64,000 bases of DNA, from NCBI RefSeq assembly GCF_001194135.2, contig NC_068995.1:57216608-57280607 (forward strand), given 5' to 3'. Positions within the stretch are counted from its first letter, which is position 1. Each line of letters starts with the position of its first letter. This DNA comes from Octopus bimaculoides. Taxonomy: Eukaryota. The position numbers and the translations under genes were made by a program. The notes under the pieces were generated by a model. That model was not told where the DNA came from. It saw only the letters and a program-made list of their open reading frames with translations, and did no database searches. Shown here one piece after another: positions 37,264 to 49,866 of this stretch.

Positions 37264-39309
37264 TGAATTGGTGTGAGCTTGATTTTGTCCCGTTCAGTGA
37301 AATAGTTATACATGTATATGTATGTCTATCCCCTAAGTAGAATGCTCTCTCAAATAGGGATTAGTGGATATCTTTAACCAGAATAAGGTAATTATTGAAA
37401 TTGAAATATATCTCCGTTGATAAAAATTACACACAGTTCTATATAAATAGAAATAGACCCCTTACCAATTAAGGATTCATGGATATTCTACCCATTAGTC
37501 ATTTGAAGAACTAATTAATTTCAAATTTGAAGTGTTTGTCTTTGTGTTGAGCCTTTGACGTTGTACCTCACCTGTTGAGTTCCTGAGTCTTTTCTTATTC
37601 CCACCTTGACATCTCTTTGCTTTGAGGATATCAGCTCTCTTTTTTTTCAATTCAAAGCAAATGCATACAAAATATCAACTGCATTTCTTCAAAAAAGCTT
37701 CTTAAAAGAACATTTACAAATCAAGAAGAAAAAATAATGATAATAATTAATAAAGAAAAAGTTAGAGAAATTTTTGAAAATATTTTAATTCGTTTTTTTT
37801 TTAAATATTGCAAGTTAAAAATTTTTTCCAGCTCAGCATTTTAAAACTATGAATGCCTATATTTTTCTTTTTTTTTTCCTTTTTGCAGCTGTTCATAAAT
37901 TTAAACTAAAGAAAGATAAATAAATAGCATATTAAATTTTAGCTCCTGTTACTTATAAAGCAATGCTGTAGTTGCTATTTGCTTTCGTTTGTTGTTTATG
38001 AGAAATTGGATTTGATAGCTGTTTGTGTTGAGTTTCTTTGTAACATGAAAATATTGTGAAGACATTGTTTACAATGGACAAATTAACATTTGACATTCTT
38101 GTTCTCGTATGAGGTTCGTTGTATGGATCCATAGTCAGGCTGGAAACTTTGTCTGTTGCAGACTTATTGTTGCTAACCAATGACACATACATGGATTTAC
38201 TGACAAATTCTACCATAATACATTATTGTTAGCCTAGGATCTCTTTACAAATTCCATATCAGACTTTTTCATTCTCACTGCAACATGCAACACACACACA
38301 AGCGCAAGTTATGAGTTTTTCATGATTAAGTGGTCTAAAAATAAAAAAGAAGTTGTATAGACAGATAATACCTTCTCTCACTGCTTCAGACAAAATATGT
38401 GATTTGTAATAATTGGTTTAGAAAAACTGTAGTTTCCAACTAAGTTCATCATTATATTTGACAACCCAGCTCAAGATATTTCTTTTACTCCATAATCTTT
38501 CAATCATCATCATCATTTTCCTGTGTAGAAAATTCAAAGGGGTATAGTTTATTCAGATAAACTACTGAGTTCATTCTAACATTTGCTCATGGGGAAGAGG
38601 GGGAGACCAAATGTTACCTTTAACTGATCATTGCAAATTGATCAACTTATTCACCATCTTTGAGTGTCTGTCTGTTTGTCTTTCTGCTCCCATCTCTTGA
38701 CAGCTGCATTCTGGTAACAGCTGCAATACAAGACAAGCTGTTTCTGCCACTGCTGCATCATCATCATCATTGTCGTCATCGTCGTCTTCGCTGTCGTTAC
38801 CTTCTCCTTCTTCTTCTTCTTCTCCTCCTCCTCCTCATCCTCCTCTATGAATTCACACTAAACCTTCACTGCTATACTTTATATTATACTTTCTGCAAAA
38901 GTCTCAGTAATGCTTATATTCTCAAGAGTTGCCCCACCAGTCTTCCGTCTGCTCTTCTGTTATCATTTTGTTATCATTCGCAGTATCTTCCTTATTATTC
39001 AAAACCTGCAAGTAGCTCTTCTCTCTTCAAAACAACATTCATTTATATTTATTACACCTCTGTAAGTTATCAAAAAAAAGCCTCATTCATTTCAGGAATT
39101 TTAATTCTATTTCAAAACAAACTGGAATACTTCTGATTATGGTTTTAGCTTTTTTTTTTTCCCCATGAATTGTCATTGCAAGGGAAGCATTACTGTGTAT
39201 TGGGGCTTCTATCAGATTCTAACGAGTTGGTTAATTGAGAAAAGATTTCTGACCATCAGTGGAATGTTGGTTTGTCATAGATTTCTACCTAAGAACCAAA
39301 TTCGAATCT

Positions 39310-39311
<2 letters not shown>

Positions 39312-39369
<58 letters not shown>

Positions 39370-39392
39370 TCTCTCTCTTTCTCTCTTTCTTC
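39312..39392 (+). repeat. (CT)n microsatellite
   Basis: Seen directly. Confidence 0.95.
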
Positions 39393-40029
39393 TTGGGCTG
39401 GTTGCCCAGACCAAAACCACTCTTTCTCTTCGAGCGTTCCTGTCTTCTATGATATTTATCAGGTCTTCTATTTCTAACTCAACATCATGAGAAATTTGAT
39501 TAATGTACGTCATTCTGGGTCATCTGATATGAGAATTGCCATGGCTTGAGATCCACAAAAGGAGATCACTTGCTAATTCATCTCTGCTTTGATAGCACTG
39601 ACCAGCACACATGTTGTCCTCTGCTTACAGGACACCATTGAATCTTGTATTACCAGCCAATTTAACATTTGGCAATTATGTAGTTCTTCTACAGTGGACT
39701 GCACCTCTCAGATGTGTCTGTATTATATCTAAGTGAACTTAGTTAGCAGTGATATATTTATAGTTGTGTGTCTTGGTTGGAGAGCAGGACCAAGTATCAT
39801 GAACGTAGTCATGGACTCCTCTTCAGTTAACTGGCCTCGTCCCTTACTTGTTGAATTGCAACATTAGGTTTATATATTGATATAAATAAGAAGTCAATAA
39901 TTCACGTTTTCATTAGCAACACATCGTTAGGAAAATAAACAAAAAAAAAAATAATAATTGACTTGGGTAACTTTGCAAAACACAGACCTGACCCAACAAA
40001 AATGATATCCACATTGAAATGAACTCTAC

Positions 40030-40166
40030 CTTGAAGATGTTATTGCTAGGATTGTTTCCTTCAGAGAATTAAGAGCTTTGCATTTGTCGCTTTCAGCAAC
40101 ATTTATTTCTGATTGATAAATGCTGGGTTTCAAGTGTTGGGCACCTAAGCACATTGATGCACTGAC
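40030..40166 (-). CDS. Candidate exon, 137 nt, phase 0-2 (VSASMCLGAQHLKPSIYQSEINVAESDKCKALNSLKETILAITSS); product unknown
   Basis: Long polypyrimidine tract + gtcccag acceptor, 45 open codons, donor AAG|gtagag. No homology recognised. Confidence 0.3.
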
Positions 40167-42109
40167 CTGGGACAGCAAAAAGAAGAAGAAAAAAAAAGCA
40201 AAGAAAATAATAATAATAATAATAATGTGTATGTTTCCAATTGTTGCCAGAAAAGTGATTACTTAATATTTACATTTTTATTCCATTTTCTCAGTCGCAT
40301 TGCATGTTCATGTATTTCTTTAACCTCAAATTTTCAGTCATACAGTATTTTCGCTTACCTCTCTATCAATAAATAGTATTTTGGACATCTTTGAATATCA
40401 ATGTTTTCCTATAATTTTTTTTTTTACTTTCTTTTTATGCTTGATAATGTGTGATTTGGCTTGAAACTGTCCTTGCAAAAATATTCTGAACCTCTAGCAA
40501 CTCTCTTTAGATCAGTTTTCAGCTGTGTACTTGTTTTTCACTTCAAATGTCATTTATTGACTCCAACTATATATATATCTATATATATGTGTATGTGTGT
40601 GTATCCTCTGTGGAAAGTATTGAGTAATCCTTCTGTTTCATGTTAAAATGGTTTTATTATAACTTGATATTAAAAAAAAAACACAGAGAGACACCTGTTC
40701 ATATCAGCTTAACCTCTGATAAGTTCCCTATTTGGAGCCATCAGTATTAAACTGATTTTAAGAAGGCGAAGAGTTAGGGGCTTGCTCCACCTTTTCCAAT
40801 CTCTCTCTCACCTTCTCTATATATTATATAAAATACTGTGTACAACCTTACTGTCTCAAACAATACTGAATATCTTTTATTAATACAGAAGTGTTTAGAT
40901 TCATTCAAATTTATTCTAACATCGAGGTAATCATACTAAGAATATATGTGCTTTTTAAAAAAAAAAAATTCTATCCAAACAGTACTGTTTCTATGTGCAA
41001 TACTGAAATACACTAATTTAAATCATCTGTATATAATGTGTGTGTGTGTGTGAATCTCCTTTATTTACCTAGTTAGAATTTTTCTTAAATTTCTTTTTTT
41101 GTTTGTTTTCCCTTATGGTTATAATCTAAATCATAAGGCACTTAGTGTTCCTGTAAAATTGATTGTTACCAAGGGAACAGAACTTATCTCCCCTTTTGAG
41201 AGGGTATATAATTGCTTATACCATTTTCAAGTAGTTGTAGTGTCAGTGTAAGAGCATTTTGAACTCTGCAAATGTGTGCTGTTGTATGTCTGCTAGGAAC
41301 GTTGAAACATTTTGTGCACTAACTGGTTTGCACTGCATACATTGTACTCTGTTTCCCTCTCCTGGTCTGAGTAAGCAACAGCCGACAACGTCATGCAAAC
41401 AACTGAATTCTAAATGAATACCAAAATAGATATAAGAATAGCCATGTTAAAATTTTTATTGCAAGCTGCAGTGTCTTGTTCAAGCTACAATTTACATACA
41501 CTGTTCTATGTAATACATAATAATATTAGAGTGTAGCCTCCAAAAACATATTAATGATTAATGTGTTCATATTGAGGTTAGTAAATTCCTCCAGTACATA
41601 ATATATTGCTTGTTTCAAAGTAGGCATCTTAATTAATTCTTTCCTATAAGAAGACCCTAATAATAAATACACACACACACACGCACACACACACACATGC
41701 GTGTGCACGTGGAGAAAGACTAGAGCTTGAATATTGCACAAATCTGATTGAGCTAACTTTCTGTAGTTGATTGAAAAAGGAGGAAAAAATTAATTTTCTA
41801 ATCACACTTCTTCCCATCCGCCTGTGTATTTGTCTGTCTTTCTTTTTATCAATATATCACTAATTGTATTTATCACCTCCATTTTGCAATGGAGTCATTA
41901 CCCCCACCCATCCACCCTCAACACTAATATTTGTTTTCACTATATTATTTTCTTTATATCAATTTTTAATTTACATTTTTTTTTTATTTCAACTATTCTA
42001 GTAGGTAGGTGTGAAGTTACCCCAGTATGGCCACAGTCTTTGACTGAAACCAGTGAGAAATGATGATGTGTGTGTGTGTGTTTACATATATGTGTGTGTG
42101 TGTGTGTGT

Positions 42110-42472
42110 AGGTGCAAGCATGGATATGTGGTAAGAAGCTTGCTTTACAACCACACAAGTCTGGGTCCAGTTCTGCTGCATGGCACCTTCAGCAAGTGTC
42201 TTCTATAGCCTTGGGTCAATCAAAGCCTTGTGAGTGGAATTACTAGACAGAAACTGAAAAAAGCTTGCCATATATGTCATGTGTATATGGGTGTATGTGT
42301 GTGTGAGGTGGTGTTTCTTTGTCTTGATAGCATGTAACAATTGTAAACAAGAGTCACTCTCATGTGACGGTGTCCTTCATTTCCTGTTTTTCATAAAAAC
42401 ATGTCTGGCCACAGGGGAAATATCACCTTTCTTGGAAACAGGTGACAGGAAAGGCACCCAGCTGTACAAAAT
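42110..42472 (+). mobile_element. SINE A', full length
   Basis: A-type head, microsatellite linker, then gcatgtaacaattg...catgtctggccacaggggaaatatcacc...gacaggaaaggcacccagctgtacaaaatc. Confidence 0.9.
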
Positions 42473-42595
42473 CTTTTTCATTATTCAGTGACTTTCCACT
42501 AATAGTGGTACTTGATACAAAATCATATTCACTTGAAATGGATGGCTTTGACTTGGCTGTTAGGGTTAAGGTCTGATGATGTGGAAAGTAATTAC

Positions 42596-42699
42596 GAAGT
42601 CAGAATTTTAGGGTCATATGAAAGGGCCAGTTCTCTTGAAGCAAATCTTGATGTTGAGGTGGACTTATCAACAACTGGATTGCTTGAAACAAAACATTC
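42596..42699 (-). CDS. Candidate exon, 104 nt, phase 0-2 (ECFVSSNPVVDKSTSTSRFASRELALSYDPKILT); product unknown
   Basis: Acceptor cttttcctttttgcag and donor TTC|gtaatt. The plus strand is also open here (ORF 42512-42727). Confidence 0.2.
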
Positions 42700-43734
42700 C
42701 TGCAAAAAGGAAAAGCTGTTTCTGTAGATGAACTCATTGGAATTGTACTCCTCGACAAGACATTTTTTCACACTGTGATGACCATTTCCACAAAGAAACA
42801 AAGAGCTTCTTTAATGTAGCATTCTCTATATTTTCTTCATCTTGTTCCTTTCAGAACCTGTAAAAATAGCCTGAAGAGAAACAATATACTTCGAATGATT
42901 GAAAAAAAAATTCTTGGAATCATTTCTTTTTTTTTTCTTTTTTTACTTCAAAACTAAACTAGGTTTTATTTTTACTTTTTTTTTTCTTTTCACTTGACAA
43001 ACTGTCATTTATAGTAATGGAAAATATGTACTAAAATAAAAGTCGAGGGTTTTTTCTTTGGTTTTTAGTTTTGTCCTTTTAAATCCTAATATTAAAATGA
43101 CATTAATTTTAGGCTGATCCTATATAAATATATTTAGTCTTTTTCAAAATCTATTTGAATATATTTTCTTACACAGGAGAACCATTACAATAAGATTATT
43201 GGCATTCAAGAGATATTAACTACTACAATAGAAATTTAATTCCTACCCCTGAGGAATTCTTGTGCCTATTCTGAGCAAGTGATTATTAGAATGGCGAGTT
43301 TAATATCTTGATAGACTGAAAGATATTAGCTATTAAAATATACTTTGTGTTTCCATTCAATAAATGATCAAAATGTATTTCTCTTAGTCCAAGAATAAAT
43401 GATCAGAATGGAATTTTATTGCTCTTGAAGATTACCGTTATGTGAGTGGTTAAAGAAAAGCCTCTGATGTTTTAGCTATGTATCTCTCTCTCTCCCTCCA
43501 TAAATATACTCTACTACATGTATTGAGTACTTCTTCTTATCATCTTTTATATATCCAAACACATGCATGTATGTATGTTTAATCATATTGTCATGTCTTT
43601 GCAATGCAGTCATATATATATATATATATATATCTAAATAGAGTGCTATTTGTTCTAAGAATATGTCTCTGTGTTGGAAAATACTTCAGAATTGAAAACT
43701 GATGGGAAATTTACAATGTATGCAGAATGATGTA

Positions 43735-44050
43735 TGCAGGCACGGCTGTGTGGTTAAGTGGTTTTCTTTCCAACCACAAGGTTTGGGGCTCTGTCCCACT
43801 GCATGACACCTTGAACAAGTATTTTCTGCTATAAACTTCAGCCTGTCAAAACCTTGTGAGTGGATTTGGTTGACGGAAACTGAAAGAAGCTTGTCGTGTG
43901 TGTGTGTGTGTGTGTGTGTGTTTGAGGCTTCAAAAAAATGCACCAAATTGGTACACTTTGCAAAGTAGTCGATGTTAGAAAGGGCATCCAACCATAGAAA
44001 CCTTACCAGAAACGAGACATTGGAGCATGGCTTGATCCTCTGACACATTG
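43735..44050 (+). mobile_element. SINE with an A-type head and a B-type body
   Basis: Head to 43895, (GT)n, then ggtacactttgcaaagtagtcgatgttagaaagggcatccaaccatagaaacc. Confidence 0.85.
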
Positions 44051-44058
44051 AATTCTGT

Positions 44059-44115
<57 letters not shown>

Positions 44116-44149
44116 ACTCTCTCTCTCTTTGTAAAAGAACTCTTTGGTC

Positions 44150-44333
44150 AAAGAACTTTGTCATTATAATAGTGGTATTTGGAACATAGATTAACTTGAA
44201 GTTTTGAGTGAAGGTTTTGACTGAAACCAGTTTTACTCTTTAGCATATAAACCAGTCATTTCCAACCCCAAAATATTTAGCCTGTTTTATATTCAAAGCA
44301 GCCAGATTTGACCTCTCACTCTCATCCTACAAA
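44150..44333. mobile_element. Fragment of piggyBac-like MITE 2 (44150-44225) abutting a reversed half of MITE 1 (44232-44333)
   Basis: aactttgtcattat...gaaggttttgact matches 4790-4855; actctttagcat...ccagatttgacctctcactctcatcctacaa matches the reverse complement of 11890-11990. Confidence 0.65.
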
Positions 44334-44361
44334 TAAACAGTTAGGATTATTTTCTGTTTTA

Positions 44362-44733
44362 TGTTGCTGTTTAACCCTCAGTTCAACTTTTAATGAATTG
44401 ATCTTTGATCAAAAGCATTCCAACTGTTGACTCTCATCTTTTAGGGACATCAATATTTTAACATCTTCCTTCTTTTTTAAAGCTTTGGTTGTGATTTGAG
44501 GGAGACTAAATTCGGTTGCCATTTTTAGCAAGCTTCCCTGCTTAGCTCCCAATCATCATGCACCTAAGTAGATCTATTATCAAAGTTATTCCAGCCATGA
44601 CTATCCCATCATATTTCATATGGCTCTGGGCCACCTCATCAATTCTGTTTTTTTTTTTAAAAAACAAACCCTCTAAGGTGTAATTTGAGGGAGATATGAC
44701 TTCTATTTCTAACATGTGGAGCATCCCTCACAG
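44362..44733 (-). mobile_element. Two tandem SINE family E copies (44362-44535, 44555-44733)
   Basis: Each has gatcaaaagcattcc / tcaaagttattccagccatga and g(t)atttgagggaga. Confidence 0.75.
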
Positions 44734-44739
44734 GTAGTC

Positions 44740-45214
44740 TTATGTCTTATATCTCTCCCTCCACCACCCTTCATTTGGTTAGTACCATCTTGCCCAAGAA
44801 TTCTATCACTACCATTCCTCTAGTGTCATCTTCCTTTCTTTCACTCTTTTTTTCTTTCATTTCTTCTGCAGAATAATATTCTGCTATGCTTCTTCCTTTT
44901 CACTTCCATTTGCACCTATTTTCTTCATCAACCAGCCCCTCCATTCTTCCTTCTATTTTGCACTTATATCCCTATTATCCTCTCTCCCTCCCCCTAAACC
45001 CACACTCCTCTTTCTACTTCTTTTCATTTCCATGTATCTTCTCTCTTATTTTTTCTTCTCTTTCTGTTTCTTTCAGTTCTTCCTGGATCTCTCTCCCCTC
45101 CCTCTTCCCTCTTACTTAATCTCTTTGCTTTCCACTGCTAAATTATTTTTCTCCTCTCTTCTTTACCATTTTCTCTTATTTCTTTGGTTCAACCCCTTAT
45201 TCACCTTCATACCA

Positions 45215-45277
<63 letters not shown>

Positions 45278-45420
45278 NNNNNNNNNNNNNNNNNNNNNNN
45301 NNNNNNNNNNNNNNNNNNNNNNNNNNNNNNNNNNNNNNNNNNNNNNNNNNNNNNNNNNNNNNNNNNNNNNNNNNNNNNNNNNNNNNNNNNNNNCTCTCTC
45401 TCTCTCTCTCAATTTTACAG
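44740..45420 (+). repeat. CT-rich low-complexity tract with (CT)n and a gap
   Basis: Seen directly. Confidence 0.9.
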
Positions 45421-45942
45421 GTTCATTTTTTTTCAACTACTTTTGCATCATTTCTTAGTTTTATTTTTGTCCAGAGTTTTTCTTCATTTTTTTTTTTTTA
45501 CTTTTAATTTTTAGTTTCATAAACAGCTGATTGTACCACAATTTTCTTTCTTTCTCTCATGTTTAGAATCATTTTCTTCAAATATTCCTTACCAAAAACT
45601 ACATTTTTGGCTTTCTCTCATTACTTTATAAAACATTACAAAATGAAACAACAAACGAAACAAAAAAAAGGAAAAGGGAGGTAATCTTGTTTTGCAACCC
45701 CCACCCTTGTTGCTGCTCTTCCACAGTCTAATAAACCTTCAGTGTTTGCTGTTTTTGTTTTTGCTGGGTGTTTTTTTCTTTTTTCTTAATTTCATTTTCT
45801 AATGTTGTTTTCTCGTGTATTTTCAAGGAGAACAAGGGATGGTATTTCTGTTTCTCCTAACTAGTAGGAGCTCTTCAGTCTCTAATATCATTTAATTAAG
45901 GTGCCTTATTGTTTGTTTGTTCTTTATTGTTGACTTTTGTTA

Positions 45943-45973
<31 letters not shown>

Positions 45974-46394
45974 CACCATTGCTGCTACTGTTGTGTTTCT
46001 TATCCATTAAACCTTCTCAACAGATAAGTCAGAATTTAGGTCTTATTTAAATGGTAGCATGCAGGCACAAGTAGGATCTTGCATATGTAATTTAGTGAGC
46101 TGATGAACTCTGAGATATTCGATACAATTAGTAGACCAAAGCTTCCCCTATGGGTTGTAAAAATATTTAAAAAAGCAAACATGGGAGATAACTCTAATAA
46201 GTTCATCCAACTGCAATTTTTGGAAAATTAGATGATGCAGACATTAGTAGATCTTGCCTTTAAATCCAGTTGGTAAGAGCTTTATTTGATCTCTTTATAG
46301 CCCTGTAGCTCCCCTATATGAACCTGCTCTGACCCACCCACTCCCTTTCTCATACTTTTACCCACATCTGCTAGCATAAAGCCCTTCCTTTCAG

Positions 46395-46591
46395 GTTTTG
46401 TAGCCTTGTGAGCCACATGGTAACCCCTCTAGTACTAGTGGCTTAAAAAAAGAAGCACCCGTTACACACTGTAAGGTGGTGGGCATTAGGAAGGGCATCT
46501 AGCCATGAAACCATGCCAGAGCCTTGAGCCCATCGCATCCTGTCAAACTGACCAATCCGTGGCAACATGAAACATGACTGTTAAATGATGA
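46395..46591 (+). mobile_element. SINE family B
   Basis: aagcacccgttacacactgtaaggtggtgggcattaggaagggcatctagccatgaaacc...tgttaaatgatgac. Confidence 0.85.
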
Positions 46592-46867
46592 CACACACAT
46601 GCACACACACACAATGTAGTGTGATATTTTTCTTGCTTATTTTAAGATTTCAGACATTAATACAGGGAAAATTTTAATTGCATGAATATCACCAATTAAT
46701 CAGAACTTTCCAGATCCCCTGTGTTACATAGATGTGATGCTGTTTGTATTTAGAATGATGCAAAATAGTTCTCTGGGATATTTACCCTCAGCTATATTGT
46801 TAACATGTCAGATGCAGGCCTTGCATTTCCTCCATTTCAGACAGATTGCTAAACTCTACGTTTTGTG

Positions 46868-46984
<117 letters not shown>

Positions 46985-48634
46985 CTATACGTGATATGAC
47001 AGGTAAGGATTTGCCAAGCATAATCAGCATTATGAAATTAATGAGTGTTTACTAGTTCGTAAACCCAACTTGAGTAAATGAAAGGGGAAGGAAGAGAGAC
47101 CCTAAAGCTGACTTCCCATTCATCCATTACATGAGGACAGTTTTCATGTGTGGCAGACAGCTACCAGAAAGAGGGACAGACAGCTACCAAAAAAAGATAC
47201 ACAGTGAAGTTTTTGAAGTAATTCATTGCACAGCTCTCCACCAAAAGCTGTATCATCCTTAACCACAGACAAGCTGGAGTTCATTTTAGGATTCTTTGTT
47301 AAAGCCAATTAACTGTCATTTTATACATGGTTCTACTAATGAAAATGGCATGAAAGTCTCATAATCTCATTCTGTTTTGTTATATGTTTGTGAACTTGTA
47401 TCTAACCTAGAAGTTAATATAACAGGGATGTGGCGACTGACATAGTACTAAAAAAAAAAAGACTGATCGGATATGCTATGAACTTCAGTCTAAGTGTCAG
47501 TTCTTCTCCTGTAATGTTAACTGTTTGAGGATGGATAAAATTAGGTGCAGTAATACTCTTGGGATGATGGAGACACCATTGACCACTTCCAGTTAGAAGA
47601 AGTTCTTTATTGTCTGTGAAAAAGATTCTTGTTTGTCTGTGTAGATCTTATTAATAATGTAATGAAGATGGTAAATGGATGTTGTTAACGAAGGGTTTTA
47701 GTTTCCAAATGCTGAGTCAAAGTCCTTTCTTGCAAAGAATGTCATGTTTTTTTTATTCTTCTTTGATATAAAAATAATTATAATTGAAATATGGAGACCC
47801 AAACTAGATCAGATATGGTATTTTACGATTAAGCCTTTTTATCTACTCTTTAATCAAATTATTTTGGTGGTATATTTCTGCTCAATCTCCAAATAAAATT
47901 TGATATTTTGTGAAAAGTTTTTCAGTTTCAATTTGTTAAAAGAAAGTCACAAAATAGTTACCAAATTGGTTAAATACATCTTTTTAGCCAGGACACACTT
48001 CACTTGAAATTGTTTTTATCCCTGAGAATTTACTTTTGATAAACAGTCTCTACTTCTTCTTTTTCTTTCTTCACATTATGGATTTGATCTTTATTATATT
48101 CTTCCAAAAGTTTTGAAGTTTCACAGATCATTTTTTTGTTGTTGTTGTTCATTTAACCGCTTAGTTATTAAGCATTCTATACCTCCGTATCTTAAAGAAA
48201 TAGCTACAAAATGTGTAAATATCATAAAGAAACTGATATATTCTATTAAGATCAAGTAGTTTGCACAAGCAATCAATCATCTTTTTATATTTAGCTAATT
48301 ACTGGAAGAACAAATTACTCTGCTTTTTTTCTTTTTTCTTTTTATTGTAGTGTTTTTGTATTCCTCTGCAGGTTTCACTTTCTCAATTTTGGTCATTCCA
48401 AAGTATCACCATCATGCTCTTTTTCAGAAATCATTTCAGAATCTGAACTCAGTCAAAATTTGAATTAGGAATTTTGTATTTGATTAATCTTGAAATTGTT
48501 AAGCTATTTACAACAGCAGCAATTTATTTGAAAGTTGATTACCAAGAGGATTTCAGCATATCCTTTAATCTTGTGTTAATCCATGCCAACGTTCATTTTG
48601 TTTTCTTTGTCGTCACTCTCCTCTCCTCTCCTAC

Positions 48635-48799
48635 TTCGTTTCTGATCTTGGTGGAAGTTCCGTGGAAATATCTTTTGAGATGTTTATGAAGTGAACGAAG
48701 TTGATCGGGACTAAAGACTTTGGTAATTGGCATGCCATTGGACATTATACTAATGATCTGCGTTGGGCATTCATGTGTTGTCACTTGTCTGTCACTTGT
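48635..48799 (-). CDS. Candidate exon, 165 nt, phase 0-0 (TSDRQVTTHECPTQIISIMSNGMPITKVFSPDQLRSLHKHLKRYFHGTSTKIRNE); product unknown
   Basis: Acceptor ggcttcctgcag, donor GAA|gtagga, 55 open codons, several CpGs retained. Confidence 0.25.
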
Positions 48800-48841
48800 C
48801 TGCAGGAAGCCTCTACCTCCACTGTCCACAACAATCTAGAT

Positions 48842-49103
48842 CAATGGTTCTCAACAGGGCTCCACCTGACCTTTGAGGGTTCCGTATTAGCTTTTGTTAT
48901 TAACATCTATCTGCAATAAACTGGCTATACTTCTACTTCTACAAGGCACAAAATATTTTCACAACTCTGTTTATATAATTCCTAATAACATTTAAAAATA
49001 TGATAGGATTTTTTAAAACCTCAACAAGTGATGTGGGGGAAGGGTACAGCAGAGTAAAACAAACGGCTCCATTGGCAAAAAAAAAAATGGTTGAAGACTA
49101 CTG
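48842..49103 (-). mobile_element. hAT/Charlie-like MITE with a degenerate 8-bp TSD
   Basis: TIRs caatggttctcaac / ggttgaagactactg; flanks atctagat / atctggac. Confidence 0.85.
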
Positions 49104-49156
49104 ATCTGGACATACCCTGTCTTGTTATTTAGATTACATGTGTTAGTTTTGTGCCA

Positions 49157-49363
49157 CCCTTTTAAACATTCAGATAACTCTGACAGATGTAATCATTTTG
49201 AATCTCTCAAACATTATCTCATGGCATCGAAACTTTGATGATGTGATTCCTTTTTAGAATGATATTGTGGGGTGGGTGTGTGAGGCCAAATCTAGCTGGT
49301 CTGAGCATAAAACAGGTTGAATATTTGGATCAGATCCGGCCAGCTGACATGCTAAACGATTAA
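49157..49363 (+). mobile_element. piggyBac-like MITE family 1
   Basis: ccctttt..cattcagat...ttagaatgatattgtggggtgggtgtgtgaggcc...atgctaaacga-ttaa. Confidence 0.75.
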
Positions 49364-49504
49364 ACTATTAACTCTGTTTTGAGACAACGTAACCTAATTA
49401 ACCCTGGATATTGTTTGTATCCAGTTGTTTGAGTTGGAAGTCCCCTTATTTAGTTATTTTTTGTTCCCAACTGTTGTTTAGACTCCTGTCTGCACTGGCC
49501 AAAA

Positions 49505-49866
49505 TTTGTGTTCAAAGGCATTGCAGTCATAACCACTGTGTGCTTCTCTTCCTTCTCCTGACCATTGTATATCTAGGAGTACATTATCCAGTGTGTCCTA
49601 TTCCTTTTTAAAATGGTAGGGTGTAAGTTGAGAAAGATTTGGCTGCTGTCTCTTGCAGGTTGAGTGATGACTTAGAAGCTTCCTTGTATATTTTTTGTAA
49701 GGGTCACTGTTGTTGTTGTTGTTGTGTAACTAGAGGTTAGCCATGATTCCATTGCTCTCTGGTCACCATCTTTATTTTTAGGATTTTGTGCATTCAGGCT
49801 TGTTTTGGACACCACACACACAATCTCTTCCCAATTTTATGACAATGAGTGAGATTTGGCTGCTAT
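49505..49866 (-). mobile_element. Two SINE family E copies (49505-49682, 49715-49866)
   Basis: caaaggcattgcagtc...cattatccagtgtgtcc...gatttggctgct; the second copy ends gagatttggctgctatt at the start of a family C SINE. Confidence 0.7.

Noticed and set aside
38660-39136. 158-aa ORF and the acidic frame on the opposite strand
   Set aside because: Largely built from (CAT), (CGT) and (CTT/CTC) repeats, with no convincing splice-site pair or homology.
48593-48829. Homeodomain-like look of ...KVFSPDQLRSLHKHLKRYF...
   Set aside because: Only the helix-1-like FS.DQL pattern is present; there is no helix-3 WF.N.R motif and the frame ends soon after. Kept only as an unassigned candidate exon.
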